DNA of 64,000 bases from Escherichia coli (GTDB lineage: Bacteria > Pseudomonadota > Gammaproteobacteria > Enterobacterales > Enterobacteriaceae): assembly GCF_048403405.1 (NCBI RefSeq), contig NZ_CP183129.1, one strand, 5' to 3'. Shown one piece after another: positions 24,935 to 36,460 of this stretch. The first letter of the stretch is position 1, and each line of letters starts with the position of its first letter. A program made the translations under genes and the position numbers. The notes below the pieces were generated by a model. It saw only the letters and a program-made list of their open reading frames with translations. It was not told the origin of the DNA and made no database searches.

Positions 24935-25396
24935 ATGATTGAATGGCAAGATCTGCATCACTCTGAATTATCGGTTTCCCAGCTTTATGCCTTATTACAA
25001 CTGCGTTGCGCGGTGTTTGTTGTTGAGCAGAATTGCCCTTATCAGGATATCGATGGTGATGATTTGACGGGGGATAATCGCCATATTCTCGGTTGGAAAA
25101 ATGATGAACTGGTGGCGTATGCGAGGATTCTGAAAAGTGATGATGATCTTGAGCCGGTCGTTATTGGTCGGGTGATTGTTAGTGAAGCGTTGCGTGGCGA
25201 AAAAGTGGGGCAGCAGCTGATGAATAAAACACTCGAAACATGTACGCGTCACTGGCCTGATAAACCTGTTTACCTCGGGGCGCAGGCGCATCTGCAAAAC
25301 TTCTACCAGAGTTTTGGCTTTATCCCTGTGACGGAGGTCTATGAAGAAGATGGTATCCCACACATTGGGATGGCACGCGAGGTAATTCAGGCGTAA
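24935..25396 (+). CDS. elaA: GNAT-family N-acetyltransferase ElaA
   Basis: 153-aa ORF matching recalled ElaA. Confidence 0.9.
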   Translation: MIEWQDLHHSELSVSQLYALLQLRCAVFVVEQNCPYQDIDGDDLTGDNRHILGWKNDELVAYARILKSDDDLEPVVIGRVIVSEALRGEKVGQQLMNKTLETCTRHWPDKPVYLGAQAHLQNFYQSFGFIPVTEVYEEDGIPHIGMAREVIQA

Positions 25397-25450
25397 TCAA
25401 TAACCCTTGTCTATAGTTAGTGACAGGTTTTACGCAAATGGAGAACGAGA

Positions 25451-25756
25451 ATGTCTAATCAGTTTGGTGATACACGTATCGATGATGACCTGACGCTGCT
25501 TAGTGAAACACTGGAAGAGGTGCTCCGCTCCTCTGGCGATCCCGCCGATCAGAAATATGTTGAACTGAAAGCGCGTGCAGAAAAAGCGCTGGATGATGTG
25601 AAAAAACGGGTTAGCCAGGCTTCAGACAGTTATTACTATCGGGCGAAGCAGGCTGTTTATCGTGCTGATGACTACGTCCACGAAAAACCCTGGCAAGGAA
25701 TTGGTGTGGGTGCGGCCGTTGGGCTGGTACTAGGACTGTTGCTGGCACGCCGTTAA
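25451..25756 (+). CDS. elaB: DUF883-family membrane-anchored protein ElaB
   Basis: 101-aa ORF with C-terminal TM segment (GIGVGAAVGLVLGLLLARR). Confidence 0.9.
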   Translation: MSNQFGDTRIDDDLTLLSETLEEVLRSSGDPADQKYVELKARAEKALDDVKKRVSQASDSYYYRAKQAVYRADDYVHEKPWQGIGVGAAVGLVLGLLLARR

Positions 25757-25834
25757 AACCTCCCTACACCGGGGTACTGCATTTTTTTTGTAGTACCCCG
25801 TATAATGTGAGGCTTTTAACAGGGAGAGGTCCGC

Positions 25835-27130
25835 GTGCAATCACTTACTACGGCGCTGGAAAATCTACTGCGCCATTTGTCGCAAGAGATTCCGGCGACA
25901 CCCGGCATTCGGGTTATTGATATTCCTTTCCCTCTCAAAGACGCTTTTGATGCCTTGAGCTGGCTGGCCAGTCAGCAAACGTACCCGCAATTCTACTGGC
26001 AACAACGTAATGGTGATGAAGAAGCTGCCGTCCTGGGCGCGATTACCCGTTTTACGTCGTTGGACCAGGCACAAACGTTTCTTCGTCAGCACCCGGAACA
26101 CGCCGACTTACGCATCTGGGGGCTGAATGCGTTTGACCCGTCGCAGGGTAATTTACTTTTACCACGCCTCGAATGGCGACGCTGTGGCGGTAAAGCCACG
26201 CTGCGGCTGACGCTATTCAGCGAAAGCTCCCTTCAGCATGATGCGATTAAGGCAAAAGAATTTATCGCCACACTGGTGAGTATTAAACCCTTGCCTGGGT
26301 TACATTTAACCACCACCCGAGAACAACACTGGCCGGACAAAACGGGCTGGACGCAATTAATCGAACTGGCAACGAAAACCATCGCCGAAGGTGAGCTCGA
26401 CAAAGTGGTGCTTGCTCGGGCAACTGACCTGCATTTCGCAAGTCCGGTCAATGCGGCAGCGATGATGGCTGCCAGTCGTCGGCTTAATCTGAACTGCTAT
26501 CATTTTTACATGGCCTTTGATGGCGAAAATGCTTTTCTTGGCTCTTCACCGGAACGGCTATGGCGGCGGCGTGACAAAGCGCTGCGTACTGAAGCGCTGG
26601 CGGGAACGGTAGCAAATCATCTTGATGATAAGCAGGCGCAGCGGTTGGGTGAGTGGCTGATGGCGGATGATAAAAACCAGCGTGAGAACATGTTGGTGGT
26701 GGAAGATATCTGCCAACGATTACAGGCCGATACCCAAACGCTGGATGTTTTACCGCCGCAGGTACTGCGTCTGCGTAAAGTGCAGCATCTTCGCCGCTGT
26801 ATCTGGACTTCACTCAACAAAGCGGATGATGTGATCTGTTTACATCAGTTGCAGCCAACGGCAGCAGTTGCTGGCTTACCGCGCGATCTGGCGCGACAGT
26901 TTATCGCCCGTCACGAACCGTTCACCCGAGAATGGTACGCCGGTTCTGCGGGCTATCTCTCTTTACAACAAAGCGAATTCTGCGTTTCCCTGCGCTCAGC
27001 AAAAATCAGTGGCAATGTCGTGCGACTATATGCTGGCGCGGGCATTGTCCGTGGTTCCGACCCCGAGCAAGAGTGGCAGGAAATCGACAACAAAGCGGCA
27101 GGGCTGCGTACTTTATTACAAATGGAATAG
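25835..27130 (+). CDS. menF: Isochorismate synthase MenF (menaquinone pathway)
   Basis: 431-aa ORF with GTG start; chorismate-binding C-terminal domain; head of the men cluster. Confidence 0.94.
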   Translation: MQSLTTALENLLRHLSQEIPATPGIRVIDIPFPLKDAFDALSWLASQQTYPQFYWQQRNGDEEAAVLGAITRFTSLDQAQTFLRQHPEHADLRIWGLNAFDPSQGNLLLPRLEWRRCGGKATLRLTLFSESSLQHDAIKAKEFIATLVSIKPLPGLHLTTTREQHWPDKTGWTQLIELATKTIAEGELDKVVLARATDLHFASPVNAAAMMAASRRLNLNCYHFYMAFDGENAFLGSSPERLWRRRDKALRTEALAGTVANHLDDKQAQRLGEWLMADDKNQRENMLVVEDICQRLQADTQTLDVLPPQVLRLRKVQHLRRCIWTSLNKADDVICLHQLQPTAAVAGLPRDLARQFIARHEPFTREWYAGSAGYLSLQQSEFCVSLRSAKISGNVVRLYAGAGIVRGSDPEQEWQEIDNKAAGLRTLLQME

Positions 27131-27218
27131 TAATGAGTCGCATCATTACCGATTCATATCAATAATCTATTTTTGTAGCTCCTTATACTTAGCCGCAATA
27201 TTGATACCGGACAAACTC

Positions 27219-28889
27219 ATGTCAGTAAGCGCATTTAACCGACGCTGGGCGGCGGTCATTCTGGAAGCATTAACGCGTCACGGCGTAAGACACATCTGTA
27301 TCGCCCCTGGCTCGCGTTCTACACCGTTAACGTTAGCGGCGGCGGAGAATTCCGCATTCATTCACCACACCCATTTCGATGAGCGTGGACTGGGGCATCT
27401 GGCGCTGGGGCTGGCGAAAGTCAGCAAGCAGCCGGTGGCGGTGATTGTGACCTCCGGCACGGCGGTAGCAAATCTCTATCCTGCACTGATTGAAGCTGGG
27501 TTAACCGGAGAAAAACTGATCCTGTTAACCGCCGATCGCCCGCCGGAGCTAATTGACTGCGGCGCGAATCAGGCGATTCGTCAGCCGGGAATGTTCGCCT
27601 CTCACCCCACGCACAGTATTTCACTGCCGCGCCCGACCCAGGATATCCCCGCACGTTGGCTGGTTTCTACCATCGACCACGCTCTCGGTACGCTTCATGC
27701 TGGTGGAGTCCATATCAACTGTCCGTTTGCCGAACCGCTGTATGGCGAAATGGACGACACCGGGCTTATGTGGCAACAGCGGCTGGGCGACTGGTGGCAG
27801 GACGACAAACCGTGGCTGCGTGAAGCGCCTCGTCTGGAAAGTGAAAAACAGCGCGACTGGTTCTTCTGGCGACAAAAGCGCGGCGTGGTGGTTGCCGGGC
27901 GCATGAGTGCGGAAGAGGGCAAAAAAGTCGCACTGTGGGCGCAAACTCTTGGCTGGCCGCTGATTGGCGACGTGCTGTCGCAAACCGGACAGCCGCTGCC
28001 GTGTGCCGATCTCTGGTTAGGCAATGCCAAAGCGACCAGCGAACTGCAACAGGCGCAAATTGTGGTGCAACTGGGAAGCAGCCTGACGGGCAAACGGCTC
28101 CTGCAATGGCAGGCAAGCTGTGAACCCGAAGAGTACTGGATTGTAGATGACATTGAAGGGCGACTTGATCCGGCACACCATCGCGGACGTCGCTTAATTG
28201 CCAATATTGCCGACTGGCTGGAGCAACATCCGGCAGAAAAACGCCAGCCCTGGTGCGTTGAAATCCCGCGCCTGGCGGAACAGGCAATGCAGGCGGTTAT
28301 TGCCCGTCGCGATGCGTTTGGCGAAGCGCAACTGGCGCATCGCATCAGCGACTATCTGCCTGAACAGGGGCAATTGTTTGTCGGTAACAGCCTGGTGGTA
28401 CGTCTGATTGATGCGCTTTCGCAACTTCCGGCAGGTTACCCGGTGTACAGCAACCGAGGTGCCAGCGGTATCGACGGGCTGCTCTCAACTGCTGCTGGCG
28501 TTCAGCGGGCCAGTGGCAAACCGACGCTGGCGATTGTGGGCGATCTCTCAGCACTTTACGATCTCAACGCGCTGGCGTTATTACGTCAGGTTTCCGCGCC
28601 GCTGGTATTAATTGTGGTGAACAACAATGGCGGGCAAATTTTCTCGCTGTTGCCAACGCCGAAAAACGAGCGCGAGCGTTTCTATCTGATGCCGCAAAAC
28701 GTCCATTTTGAGCACGCCGCCGCGATGTTCGAGCTGAAATATCATCGTCCGCAAAACTGGCAGGAACTTGAAACGGCACTTGCCGACGCCTGGCGCACGC
28801 CGACCACCACGGTAATTGAAATGGTGGTTAACGACACCGATGGTGCGCAAACCCTCCAGCAACTGCTGGCGCAGGTTAGCCATTTATGA
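27219..28889 (+). CDS. menD: 2-succinyl-5-enolpyruvyl-6-hydroxy-3-cyclohexene-1-carboxylate synthase MenD (ThDP enzyme)
   Basis: 556 aa from [18 protein letters not shown]; the track ORF from 26868 is an in-frame upstream extension overlapping menF. Confidence 0.94.
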   Translation: MSVSAFNRRWAAVILEALTRHGVRHICIAPGSRSTPLTLAAAENSAFIHHTHFDERGLGHLALGLAKVSKQPVAVIVTSGTAVANLYPALIEAGLTGEKLILLTADRPPELIDCGANQAIRQPGMFASHPTHSISLPRPTQDIPARWLVSTIDHALGTLHAGGVHINCPFAEPLYGEMDDTGLMWQQRLGDWWQDDKPWLREAPRLESEKQRDWFFWRQKRGVVVAGRMSAEEGKKVALWAQTLGWPLIGDVLSQTGQPLPCADLWLGNAKATSELQQAQIVVQLGSSLTGKRLLQWQASCEPEEYWIVDDIEGRLDPAHHRGRRLIANIADWLEQHPAEKRQPWCVEIPRLAEQAMQAVIARRDAFGEAQLAHRISDYLPEQGQLFVGNSLVVRLIDALSQLPAGYPVYSNRGASGIDGLLSTAAGVQRASGKPTLAIVGDLSALYDLNALALLRQVSAPLVLIVVNNNGGQIFSLLPTPKNERERFYLMPQNVHFEHAAAMFELKYHRPQNWQELETALADAWRTPTTTVIEMVVNDTDGAQTLQQLLAQVSHL

Positions 28890-29644
28890 TCCTGCACGCG
28901 CAGGCAAAACACGGTAAACCAGGTTTACCCTGGCTGGTGTTTTTGCACGGTTTTTCCGGCGATTGCCATGAATGGCAAGAAGTGGGCGAGGTGTTTGCCA
29001 ACTACTCGCGGTTGTATGTTGATCTCCCAGGTCACGGTGGTTCGGCGGCGATTCGCGTCGATGGATTTGATGATGTCACCGGCTTACTGCGCAAAACTCT
29101 GGTTAGTTACAACATCCTTAACTTCTGGCTGGTGGGGTACTCGCTTGGCGGACGGGTGGCGATGATGGCGGCTTGTCAGGGGATGCCGGGGCTTTGTGGG
29201 GTTATTGTCGAAGGCGGGCACCCTGGGTTGCAAAATGCTGAACAACGCACGGAACGTCAGCGTTCCGATCGCCAATGGGCGCAGCGTTTTCGCACAGAAC
29301 CGTTAACGGCGGTATTTGCTGACTGGTATCAACAGCCTGTTTTTGCCTCACTCAATGACGAACAACGCCGGGAGCTGGTTGCGCTGCGCAGCAACAATAA
29401 TGGCGCAACGCTTGCCGCCATGCTGGAGGCGACTTCTCTCGCCGTCCAGCCCGATTTACGTGCTAACCTTAGCGCCCGCACATTTGCGTTTTATTATTTA
29501 TGTGGTGAACGTGACAGCAAATTCCGCGCCCTGGCGGCGGAACTGGCTGCCGAATGCCATGTCATTCCTCGCGCCGGACATAACGCGCATCGGGAAAATC
29601 CCGCTGGCGTAATCGCAAGTCTGGCGCAGATCTTGCGTTTCTGA
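28886..29644 (+). CDS. menH: SHCHC synthase MenH (alpha/beta hydrolase)
   Basis: 252-aa ORF; GYSLGGR nucleophile elbow; start overlaps the menD stop. Confidence 0.94.
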   Translation: MILHAQAKHGKPGLPWLVFLHGFSGDCHEWQEVGEVFANYSRLYVDLPGHGGSAAIRVDGFDDVTGLLRKTLVSYNILNFWLVGYSLGGRVAMMAACQGMPGLCGVIVEGGHPGLQNAEQRTERQRSDRQWAQRFRTEPLTAVFADWYQQPVFASLNDEQRRELVALRSNNNGATLAAMLEATSLAVQPDLRANLSARTFAFYYLCGERDSKFRALAAELAAECHVIPRAGHNAHRENPAGVIASLAQILRF

Positions 29645-29658
29645 CTAAAGGACACAAT

Positions 29659-30516
29659 ATGATTTATCCTGATGAAGCAATGCTTTACGCACCGGTTGAA
29701 TGGCACGACTGCTCCGAAGGTTTCGAGGACATTCGTTATGAAAAATCTGCCGACGGTATCGCAAAAATCACCATTAATCGTCCGCAGGTGCGCAATGCCT
29801 TCCGTCCTCTGACGGTAAAAGAGATGATCCAGGCACTGGCAGATGCGCGTTATGACGACAACATCGGCGTGATCATTCTGACTGGCGCAGGCGATAAAGC
29901 GTTCTGCTCCGGTGGTGACCAGAAAGTGCGTGGTGATTACGGCGGCTATAAAGATGATTCCGGCGTACATCACCTGAACGTGCTGGACTTCCAGCGTCAG
30001 ATTCGTACCTGTCCGAAACCGGTTGTCGCGATGGTGGCTGGCTACTCCATCGGCGGCGGTCACGTTCTGCACATGATGTGCGACCTGACTATCGCGGCTG
30101 ATAATGCCATCTTCGGCCAGACTGGCCCGAAAGTCGGTTCCTTCGACGGCGGCTGGGGCGCTTCCTACATGGCTCGCATCGTCGGACAGAAAAAAGCGCG
30201 TGAAATCTGGTTCCTGTGCCGTCAGTACGACGCGAAACAGGCGCTGGATATGGGCCTTGTGAACACCGTGGTACCGCTGGCGGATCTGGAAAAAGAAACC
30301 GTCCGTTGGTGCCGCGAAATGCTGCAAAACAGCCCGATGGCGCTGCGCTGCCTGAAAGCTGCGCTGAACGCCGACTGTGACGGTCAGGCAGGTCTGCAGG
30401 AGCTGGCAGGTAACGCCACCATGCTGTTCTATATGACGGAAGAAGGTCAGGAAGGTCGCAACGCTTTCAACCAGAAACGTCAGCCTGATTTCAGCAAATT
30501 TAAACGGAATCCGTAA
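29659..30516 (+). CDS. menB: 1,4-dihydroxy-2-naphthoyl-CoA synthase MenB (crotonase fold)
   Basis: 285-aa ORF matching recalled MenB. Confidence 0.96.
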   Translation: MIYPDEAMLYAPVEWHDCSEGFEDIRYEKSADGIAKITINRPQVRNAFRPLTVKEMIQALADARYDDNIGVIILTGAGDKAFCSGGDQKVRGDYGGYKDDSGVHHLNVLDFQRQIRTCPKPVVAMVAGYSIGGGHVLHMMCDLTIAADNAIFGQTGPKVGSFDGGWGASYMARIVGQKKAREIWFLCRQYDAKQALDMGLVNTVVPLADLEKETVRWCREMLQNSPMALRCLKAALNADCDGQAGLQELAGNATMLFYMTEEGQEGRNAFNQKRQPDFSKFKRNP

Positions 30517-31478
30517 TGCGTAGCGCGCAGGTATACCGCTGGCAGATCCCCATGGACGCGGGGGTGGTTCTGCGCGACAGGCGGTTAAAAACCCGCGACG
30601 GGCTGTATGTTTGCCTGCGTGAGGGCGAGCGCGAAGGGTGGGGGGAGATCTCCCCACTACCGGGCTTCAGCCAGGAAACCTGGGAAGAGGCGCAAAGCGT
30701 GCTGCTTGCCTGGGTAAATAACTGGCTGACAGGCGATTGCGAGCTACCGCAGATGCCTTCCGTCGCCTTTGGCGTAAGCTGTGCATTGGCGGAGCTGGCA
30801 GACACGCTCCCGCAGGCAGCCAATTATCGTGCTGCGCCGCTGTGTAATGGCGATCCTGACGATCTGATCCTCAAACTTGCCGATATGCCTGGCGAGAAAG
30901 TGGCGAAGGTCAAAGTGGGATTGTACGAAGCCGTGCGCGACGGCATGGTGGTCAATCTGTTGCTGGAGGCAATTCCGGATCTGCATTTGCGTCTTGACGC
31001 GAACCGCGCCTGGACGCCGCTGAAAGGCCAGCAGTTTGCCAAATACGTTAACCCGGATTATCGCGACCGCATCGCGTTTCTCGAAGAGCCGTGCAAAACC
31101 CGCGATGATTCGCGAGCGTTTGCCCGTGAAACCGGGATTGCCATTGCCTGGGATGAAAGCCTGCGTGAGCCGGATTTTGCCTTTGTGGCGGAAGAAGGTG
31201 TGCGCGCGGTAGTTATCAAACCCACGCTCACGGGCTGCCTGGATAAAGTACGCGAGCAGGTGCAGGCGGCGCACGCGTTGGGGCTGACGGCGGTGATCAG
31301 TTCTTCTATTGAGTCGAGCTTAGGCTTAACGCAACTGGCGCGGATTGCCGCCTGGTTAACGCCAGAGACTATTCCAGGGCTGGACACGCTGGATCTGATG
31401 CAGGCGCAGCAGGTACGTCGCTGGCCGGGTAGCACGCTGCCTGTCGTGGAAGTTGATGCGCTGGAGCGGTTGTTATGA
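30516..31478 (+). CDS. menC: o-succinylbenzoate synthase MenC (enolase superfamily)
   Basis: 320-aa ORF; overlaps menB and menE. Confidence 0.95.
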   Translation: MRSAQVYRWQIPMDAGVVLRDRRLKTRDGLYVCLREGEREGWGEISPLPGFSQETWEEAQSVLLAWVNNWLTGDCELPQMPSVAFGVSCALAELADTLPQAANYRAAPLCNGDPDDLILKLADMPGEKVAKVKVGLYEAVRDGMVVNLLLEAIPDLHLRLDANRAWTPLKGQQFAKYVNPDYRDRIAFLEEPCKTRDDSRAFARETGIAIAWDESLREPDFAFVAEEGVRAVVIKPTLTGCLDKVREQVQAAHALGLTAVISSSIESSLGLTQLARIAAWLTPETIPGLDTLDLMQAQQVRRWPGSTLPVVEVDALERLL

Positions 31479-32830
31479 TCTTCTCTGACTGGCCGTGGCG
31501 TCACTGGCGGCAAGTGCGGGGAGAAGCCATCGCCTTACGTCTTAATGACGAGCAACTCAACTGGCGCGAGCTTTGTGCTCGCGTCGATGAATTAGCCTCC
31601 GGCTTTGCGGCGCAGGGCGTTGTTGAGGGCAGCGGTGTGATGTTGCGGGCGTGGAATACGCCACAAACGCTGCTCGCCTGGCTGGCGTTACTGCAATGCG
31701 GGGCGCGGGTGCTGCCCGTGAACCCTCAGCTGCCGCAACCGTTGCTTGAAGAATTGCTGCCCAATCTGACGCTGCAATTTGCGCTGGTGCCGGATGGGGA
31801 AAACACGTTTCCGGCGTTAACGTCGCTGCACATTCAGCTGGTTGAAGGCGCACATGCCGCTGCGTGGCAGCCGACGCGTCTGTGCTCAATGACGTTGACC
31901 TCCGGCTCTACCGGTTTGCCGAAAGCCGCTGTTCATACTTATCAGGCCCATCTTGCCAGTGCGCAAGGTGTGTTATCGCTGATACCGTTTGGCGAGCACG
32001 ATGACTGGTTGCTCTCTTTACCGCTGTTTCACGTCTCCGGTCAGGGAATTATGTGGCGCTGGTTATACGCTGGTGCGCGGATGACGGTACGTGATAAACA
32101 GCCATTGGAGCAAATGCTGGCAGGCTGTACTCACGCTTCACTGGTGCCAACACAACTCTGGCGTTTGCTGGTTAACCGCAGTTCCGTTTCCCTGAAAGCG
32201 GTGCTACTTGGCGGCGCGGCTATCCCGGTCGAGTTGACGGAACAGGCGCGCGAGCAGGGGATTCGTTGCTTTTGCGGCTATGGTCTGACCGAGTTTGCCT
32301 CCACGGTGTGTGCGAAAGAAGCCGACGGTCTGGCAGACGTTGGTTCGCCGCTGCCGGGTCGGGAAGTGAAAATCGTTAATGATGAAGTGTGGCTGCGGGC
32401 TGCCAGTATGGCTGAAGGTTACTGGCGTAACGGGCAACTGGTTCCACTGGTTAATGACGAAGGCTGGTACGCTACGCGCGATCGCGGTGAGATACATAAT
32501 GGCAAGCTGACCATTGTCGGACGTTTAGATAATCTGTTCTTCAGTGGCGGTGAGGGTATTCAGCCGGAAGAAGTCGAGCGCGTTATTGCTGCACATCCTG
32601 CGGTTTTGCAGGTGTTTATCGTCCCCGTTGCCGACAAGGAGTTTGGTCATCGGCCGGTAGCGGTGGTGGAGTATGACCAGCAAACCGTTGATCTTAGTGA
32701 ATGGGTGAAAGATAAGCTGGCCCGTTTTCAGCAACCGGTGCGTTGGTTAACGCTGCCGCCTGAACTGAAAAACGGCGGCATTAAGATTTCACGTCAGGCG
32801 CTAAAAGAGTGGGTGCAACGCCAGGATTAA
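31475..32830 (+). CDS. menE: o-succinylbenzoate-CoA ligase MenE (adenylate-forming)
   Basis: 451-aa ORF with AMP-binding motif [10 protein letters not shown]. Confidence 0.95.
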   Translation: MIFSDWPWRHWRQVRGEAIALRLNDEQLNWRELCARVDELASGFAAQGVVEGSGVMLRAWNTPQTLLAWLALLQCGARVLPVNPQLPQPLLEELLPNLTLQFALVPDGENTFPALTSLHIQLVEGAHAAAWQPTRLCSMTLTSGSTGLPKAAVHTYQAHLASAQGVLSLIPFGEHDDWLLSLPLFHVSGQGIMWRWLYAGARMTVRDKQPLEQMLAGCTHASLVPTQLWRLLVNRSSVSLKAVLLGGAAIPVELTEQAREQGIRCFCGYGLTEFASTVCAKEADGLADVGSPLPGREVKIVNDEVWLRAASMAEGYWRNGQLVPLVNDEGWYATRDRGEIHNGKLTIVGRLDNLFFSGGEGIQPEEVERVIAAHPAVLQVFIVPVADKEFGHRPVAVVEYDQQTVDLSEWVKDKLARFQQPVRWLTLPPELKNGGIKISRQALKEWVQRQD

Positions 32831-32882
32831 GAAATCATTAGTTTCACTTCGCAATTTTGCCATTCCATTGCCGTTGATAATA

Positions 32883-32898
32883 GGTTTATCTGTTAATC
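32883..32898 (+). promoter_or_regulatory. Possible PhoP-box-like element upstream of pmrD
   Basis: ggtttatctgttaatc about 40 bp upstream of the pmrD ATG; imperfect match to the direct-repeat (T/G)GTTTA-N5-(T/G)GTTTA PhoP box; eye-matched only. Confidence 0.3.
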
Positions 32899-32939
32899 TG
32901 TAAATTAATGTGAAAATTCTTATCAAGCAGGGTGGTGCA

Positions 32940-33206
32940 ATGGAATGGCTGGTTAAAAAGTCATGCTGTGATAAACAAGATAACAGACATGTACTTAAGC
33001 TTTGTGATGCTGGTGGCACGATAAAAATGATCGCCGAAGTGAAGAGTGACTTCGCCGTGAAAGTGGGGGATTTACTCTCGCCTTTGCAGAATGCGCTTTA
33101 TTGTATTAATCGTGAAAAGCTGCATACGGTGAAAGTCCTCTCGGCAAGCAGTTATAGCCCCGATGAGTGGGAACGGCAGTGTAAAGTGGCAGGGAAAACT
33201 CAGTAA
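32940..33206 (+). CDS. pmrD: Signal-transduction connector protein PmrD
   Basis: 88 aa from [18 protein letters not shown]; the track ORF starts 10 codons upstream. Confidence 0.93.
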
Positions 33207-33586
33207 CGTTGTTTTGTCGTGGGCAGGAAAATCAGCATCAACCCGCTCATAATACAGGCTACTCCCAGTAGTGCTTTCAGCGAAAAAGTCCCTTCCCAGC
33301 CGGGAAGTACCATTGAAGCAATCCATACCAGCACATAACTCATACTGAGCAAGGCATAGGCTTTGCTTAGTGCAAGTTTATGTAGTGTTTTATACCAACA
33401 AAAAACGGAAAGCAGATAACCCAGCAGCCCGAGTAACAGTATCCGGGCATCCAGGCCAAAAGCTAACAACGCCGCGATAAAATCCCATAAGTGCGTCATC
33501 GGCGGCAGATGACTCGCCGCAAAACCCAGGCTTAATTGCGCAGCGGAGGCGATAATGACGCTGAATAATCCCCACATCAGGCCCAT
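33200..33586 (-). CDS. arnF: Undecaprenyl-phosphate-L-Ara4N flippase subunit ArnF
   Basis: 128-aa small hydrophobic protein; last gene of the arn operon; 3' end overlaps the pmrD 3' end by 7 bp. Confidence 0.9.
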
Positions 33587-33921
33587 TACACGGTACTCCC
33601 GAGGATCACAATGCCACCAATAATGAACGCCACCCCACACCAGTGACGCGGCGATACCGGTTCGTGCCACAGTTTTACTGCAGCCAGCGTCACCCAGACA
33701 AAATTCAGACTTAACATCGGGTAGGCAATGCCTACCGGTACGTTCTGCAAGACCAGCAGCCAGAGCACCATGGCAAGACCAAGACAAGCCAGCGCCAGTC
33801 CCAGCCACAGCACGATATGTTTGCGCCGTTTGTTTATCGCCACAAAGCAGGTTGCCTGTTTCTGACACAACTGCCCGGCAACGCTAAGCAAGCTGGCAAA
33901 GACTAATGTTAGCCAGATCAT
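33586..33921 (-). CDS. arnE: Undecaprenyl-phosphate-L-Ara4N flippase subunit ArnE
   Basis: 111-aa small hydrophobic protein between arnT and arnF. Confidence 0.9.
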
Positions 33922-35570
33922 TTGGGACGATACTGAATCAGCACCAGACGCTCCTGACGATCGATGGCATCTGCGGGCGGAATGGCGAGACTGTTGATAT
34001 CTTCATCGCGGTCAACCGAAAGCACGAGTGTAATAATCCCCTCCTGACGATGTTGATTAAGCCAGTTTGCGAACTCATCACCGCTGACAAATCTCCCTTT
34101 CGCATCCGGATAATTAAGGCCGTATTTCAACTCACCTGTCTGGCGATACATGATGATGTCATCGCGTTGCAGGCTCCATGCCAGACCTGCGGCAACACCG
34201 ACGCTATCAGTAAGAATATAGCGGCTTGGCTGAAGTGATTCTTGTGTCATCTCGACAAAAAATTGCGGATGTTTTCCTTCCATGACTCTGTCAGGAATTG
34301 AAAATCCTACCAGCAACGCCAGCCCCAGCGGGCAAAGCGCGGCAAAAGACCAGGTCTTTTCGACGTTTGTTAAGGTGTACCAGCCGAAAAATGCCCATAG
34401 CGAAAAAATCGACCAGGCACAAAAGACTTTATAGCTCTCGAAGGTTTGCCACACTGGCGTGTTCATTGGTCCCCAGGGGGAGACCACAAATGTGGCAATA
34501 ATGCCAGTGACACCAAAAGTGATGTTAATCCAGCCATTAATCCGCAGCGCCAGAGGATTATTTTTTGCTGCCAGCAAAGCGTAATGCGCCATCAGCATTG
34601 CCAGAGGTGCAAAGCAGGAAAGAATATAGGTGGGCAATTTGCCTTTAGCGACGGAGAAAAACAGCAGCGGCATTATCGTCCAGCTCAACAAATAGACGGT
34701 TGCGGAATGCTTGCGGTTTTTCCAGCCTGCGTACAGTGCTCCGGGGAGTAATCCCAGCCACGGCAGGCTACCGGCAATGATGACCGGCAAGTAGTACCAG
34801 AACGGAGCTCTATGCTGAGCATCATCCATTGCAAAGCGTTGAATATGCTCAACCCAGAAAAAATAGTGCCAGAAGTCAGGCTCCCGCTGCGCTATCGCCA
34901 GTCCCCAGGGGAGAACCGTCAGTACGCAACTGATAACCGCCAGCCAGCCGTAAATAAAGAGATCTTTCCAGCGTTTTTGCGTTGCAACCCATGGAAGCAC
35001 GCTTAATACCGGCACGGCAAGGGCGAGAAAACCTTTGGTCATCACCCCCATGCCGCAGGTGATTCCCAGCAGTAAAAATCCTGCGCTTTTGCCTTTCCAC
35101 GTCTGTGCCTGCATTGCCAGCCAGAAGCTGCACATTCCCGCCACCAGCCAGAAGGCAATAAACGGATCGAGCACGGCATAAGTGCCGATGGCATAGACAA
35201 TGAACAATGAGAGGTAAATCACTGCGGCGAGTAATGCCAGACGTTTATCGCGCCATAAGCGCAGAGTAAACCAGGCCACCAGCGCGGCAGTTAACAGGGT
35301 CGCAAAGATAACGCCTGCCCGCACACCAAAGTTATTTGCGCCAAATAGCCATTGCCCAATGCTGTTAATCCAGTATCCGGCAATGGGTTTTTCGAAATAA
35401 CGTAGCCCTAACAGATGGGGCACAATCCAGTCGCCGGATGCCAGCATTTCCCGACTGATTTCCGCATAACGCGTTTCATCGGGTTGCCAGAGCAGACGCG
35501 TGCTGATCGGTAACAGGTAATAGCAGGCAATAAACGCGAAGAGGCCGATAAGGTAACGTACCGATTTCAT
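33918..35570 (-). CDS. arnT: Lipid A 4-amino-4-deoxy-L-arabinose transferase ArnT
   Basis: 550-aa polytopic membrane glycosyltransferase. Confidence 0.96.
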
Positions 35571-36460
35571 CAGCGACTACCCGCAATTTGTTGGCAACCC
35601 AGCCAGCCTTCACGTCCGGCAATATTTCCGCGAACAACTTGCCCGAGCGGTAACGTCCCTGATAACAGTTCGCTTAAAGGGCAAAATGTCACGCCTTCCT
35701 GGGCTGCGCGTTTCAGGAGATCCACAAAATTATGCTGATAAGCGCAGCCTTCAACTTCTGCATGAATGGTATAAACCGGCGTGCCTTTATCTCGCAGGAT
35801 GCGGTTGAGTAACCAACCGTTAAAATCTTCTGCTTTCACATCCCGACCAATCACTTCATCCCAGGTGGGTAAGGTCACCGGAATTTGCGCAGTGCCAGGG
35901 TTTCCTGATTCGAGCAGTGGCCGAAACGGCATGGCCCCACGACAATCGCTGTTGTAGCGCAAATGGAACGCTTCTTTTGCTTCGATCACCTGCTGGTCGG
36001 CACGCCAGCCCGCAGCGGCAGAACAGGTTACCGGTTGACCTATGATCTCTTCCAGGGTGCGAAGGCCGCGTGCAATATCGTCGACCAATGTTTGCCGATC
36101 CCAGTTACCGCTATGGGCTTGCCAGGCATGGTGATCCCAGGCGTGCAGGCCGACTTCGTGATGTTTAGCTGCTTCACGAATGATATCGGCATTGGCATGA
36201 CCAATCTCTTTACCCGGCCAGGCCGTACCTGCCAGTAAAATATCCCAGCCATAAAGCGATGCCGCGTTTGAGCGCAGCATCTTCCACAAAAACTGTGGCT
36301 TCACCAGTCGCCAGAGATGGCGGCCCATATTGTCCGGGCCGACGCTGAAAAAAATGCTGGCCTGAATATTATGCTTACTCAAGATTTCCAGCAGACGCGG
36401 CACGCCTTCACGGGTGCCACGAAAGGTATCGACATCAATGCGTAAGCCGACTTTGGTCAT
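35570..36460 (-). CDS. arnD: Und-P-L-Ara4FN deformylase ArnD
   Basis: 296-aa polysaccharide-deacetylase-fold ORF. Confidence 0.95.
   Translation of the reverse strand: MTKVGLRIDVDTFRGTREGVPRLLEILSKHNIQASIFFSVGPDNMGRHLWRLVKPQFLWKMLRSNAASLYGWDILLAGTAWPGKEIGHANADIIREAAKHHEVGLHAWDHHAWQAHSGNWDRQTLVDDIARGLRTLEEIIGQPVTCSAAAGWRADQQVIEAKEAFHLRYNSDCRGAMPFRPLLESGNPGTAQIPVTLPTWDEVIGRDVKAEDFNGWLLNRILRDKGTPVYTIHAEVEGCAYQHNFVDLLKRAAQEGVTFCPLSELLSGTLPLGQVVRGNIAGREGWLGCQQIAGSR

Noticed and set aside
26868-27218. Long upstream extension of menD (673-aa track ORF) overlapping the menF 3' end
   Set aside because: Conserved MenD begins at [10 protein letters not shown] (27219); the extension overlaps menF in another frame and has no start context.
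27695-28345. 216-aa and 173-aa minus-strand ORFs inside menD
   Set aside because: Antisense artefacts within a conserved ThDP-enzyme gene.
29494-30657. 387-aa minus-strand ORF across menH/menB
   Set aside because: Antisense to two well-supported men genes; translation is Arg/Ala-rich low complexity.
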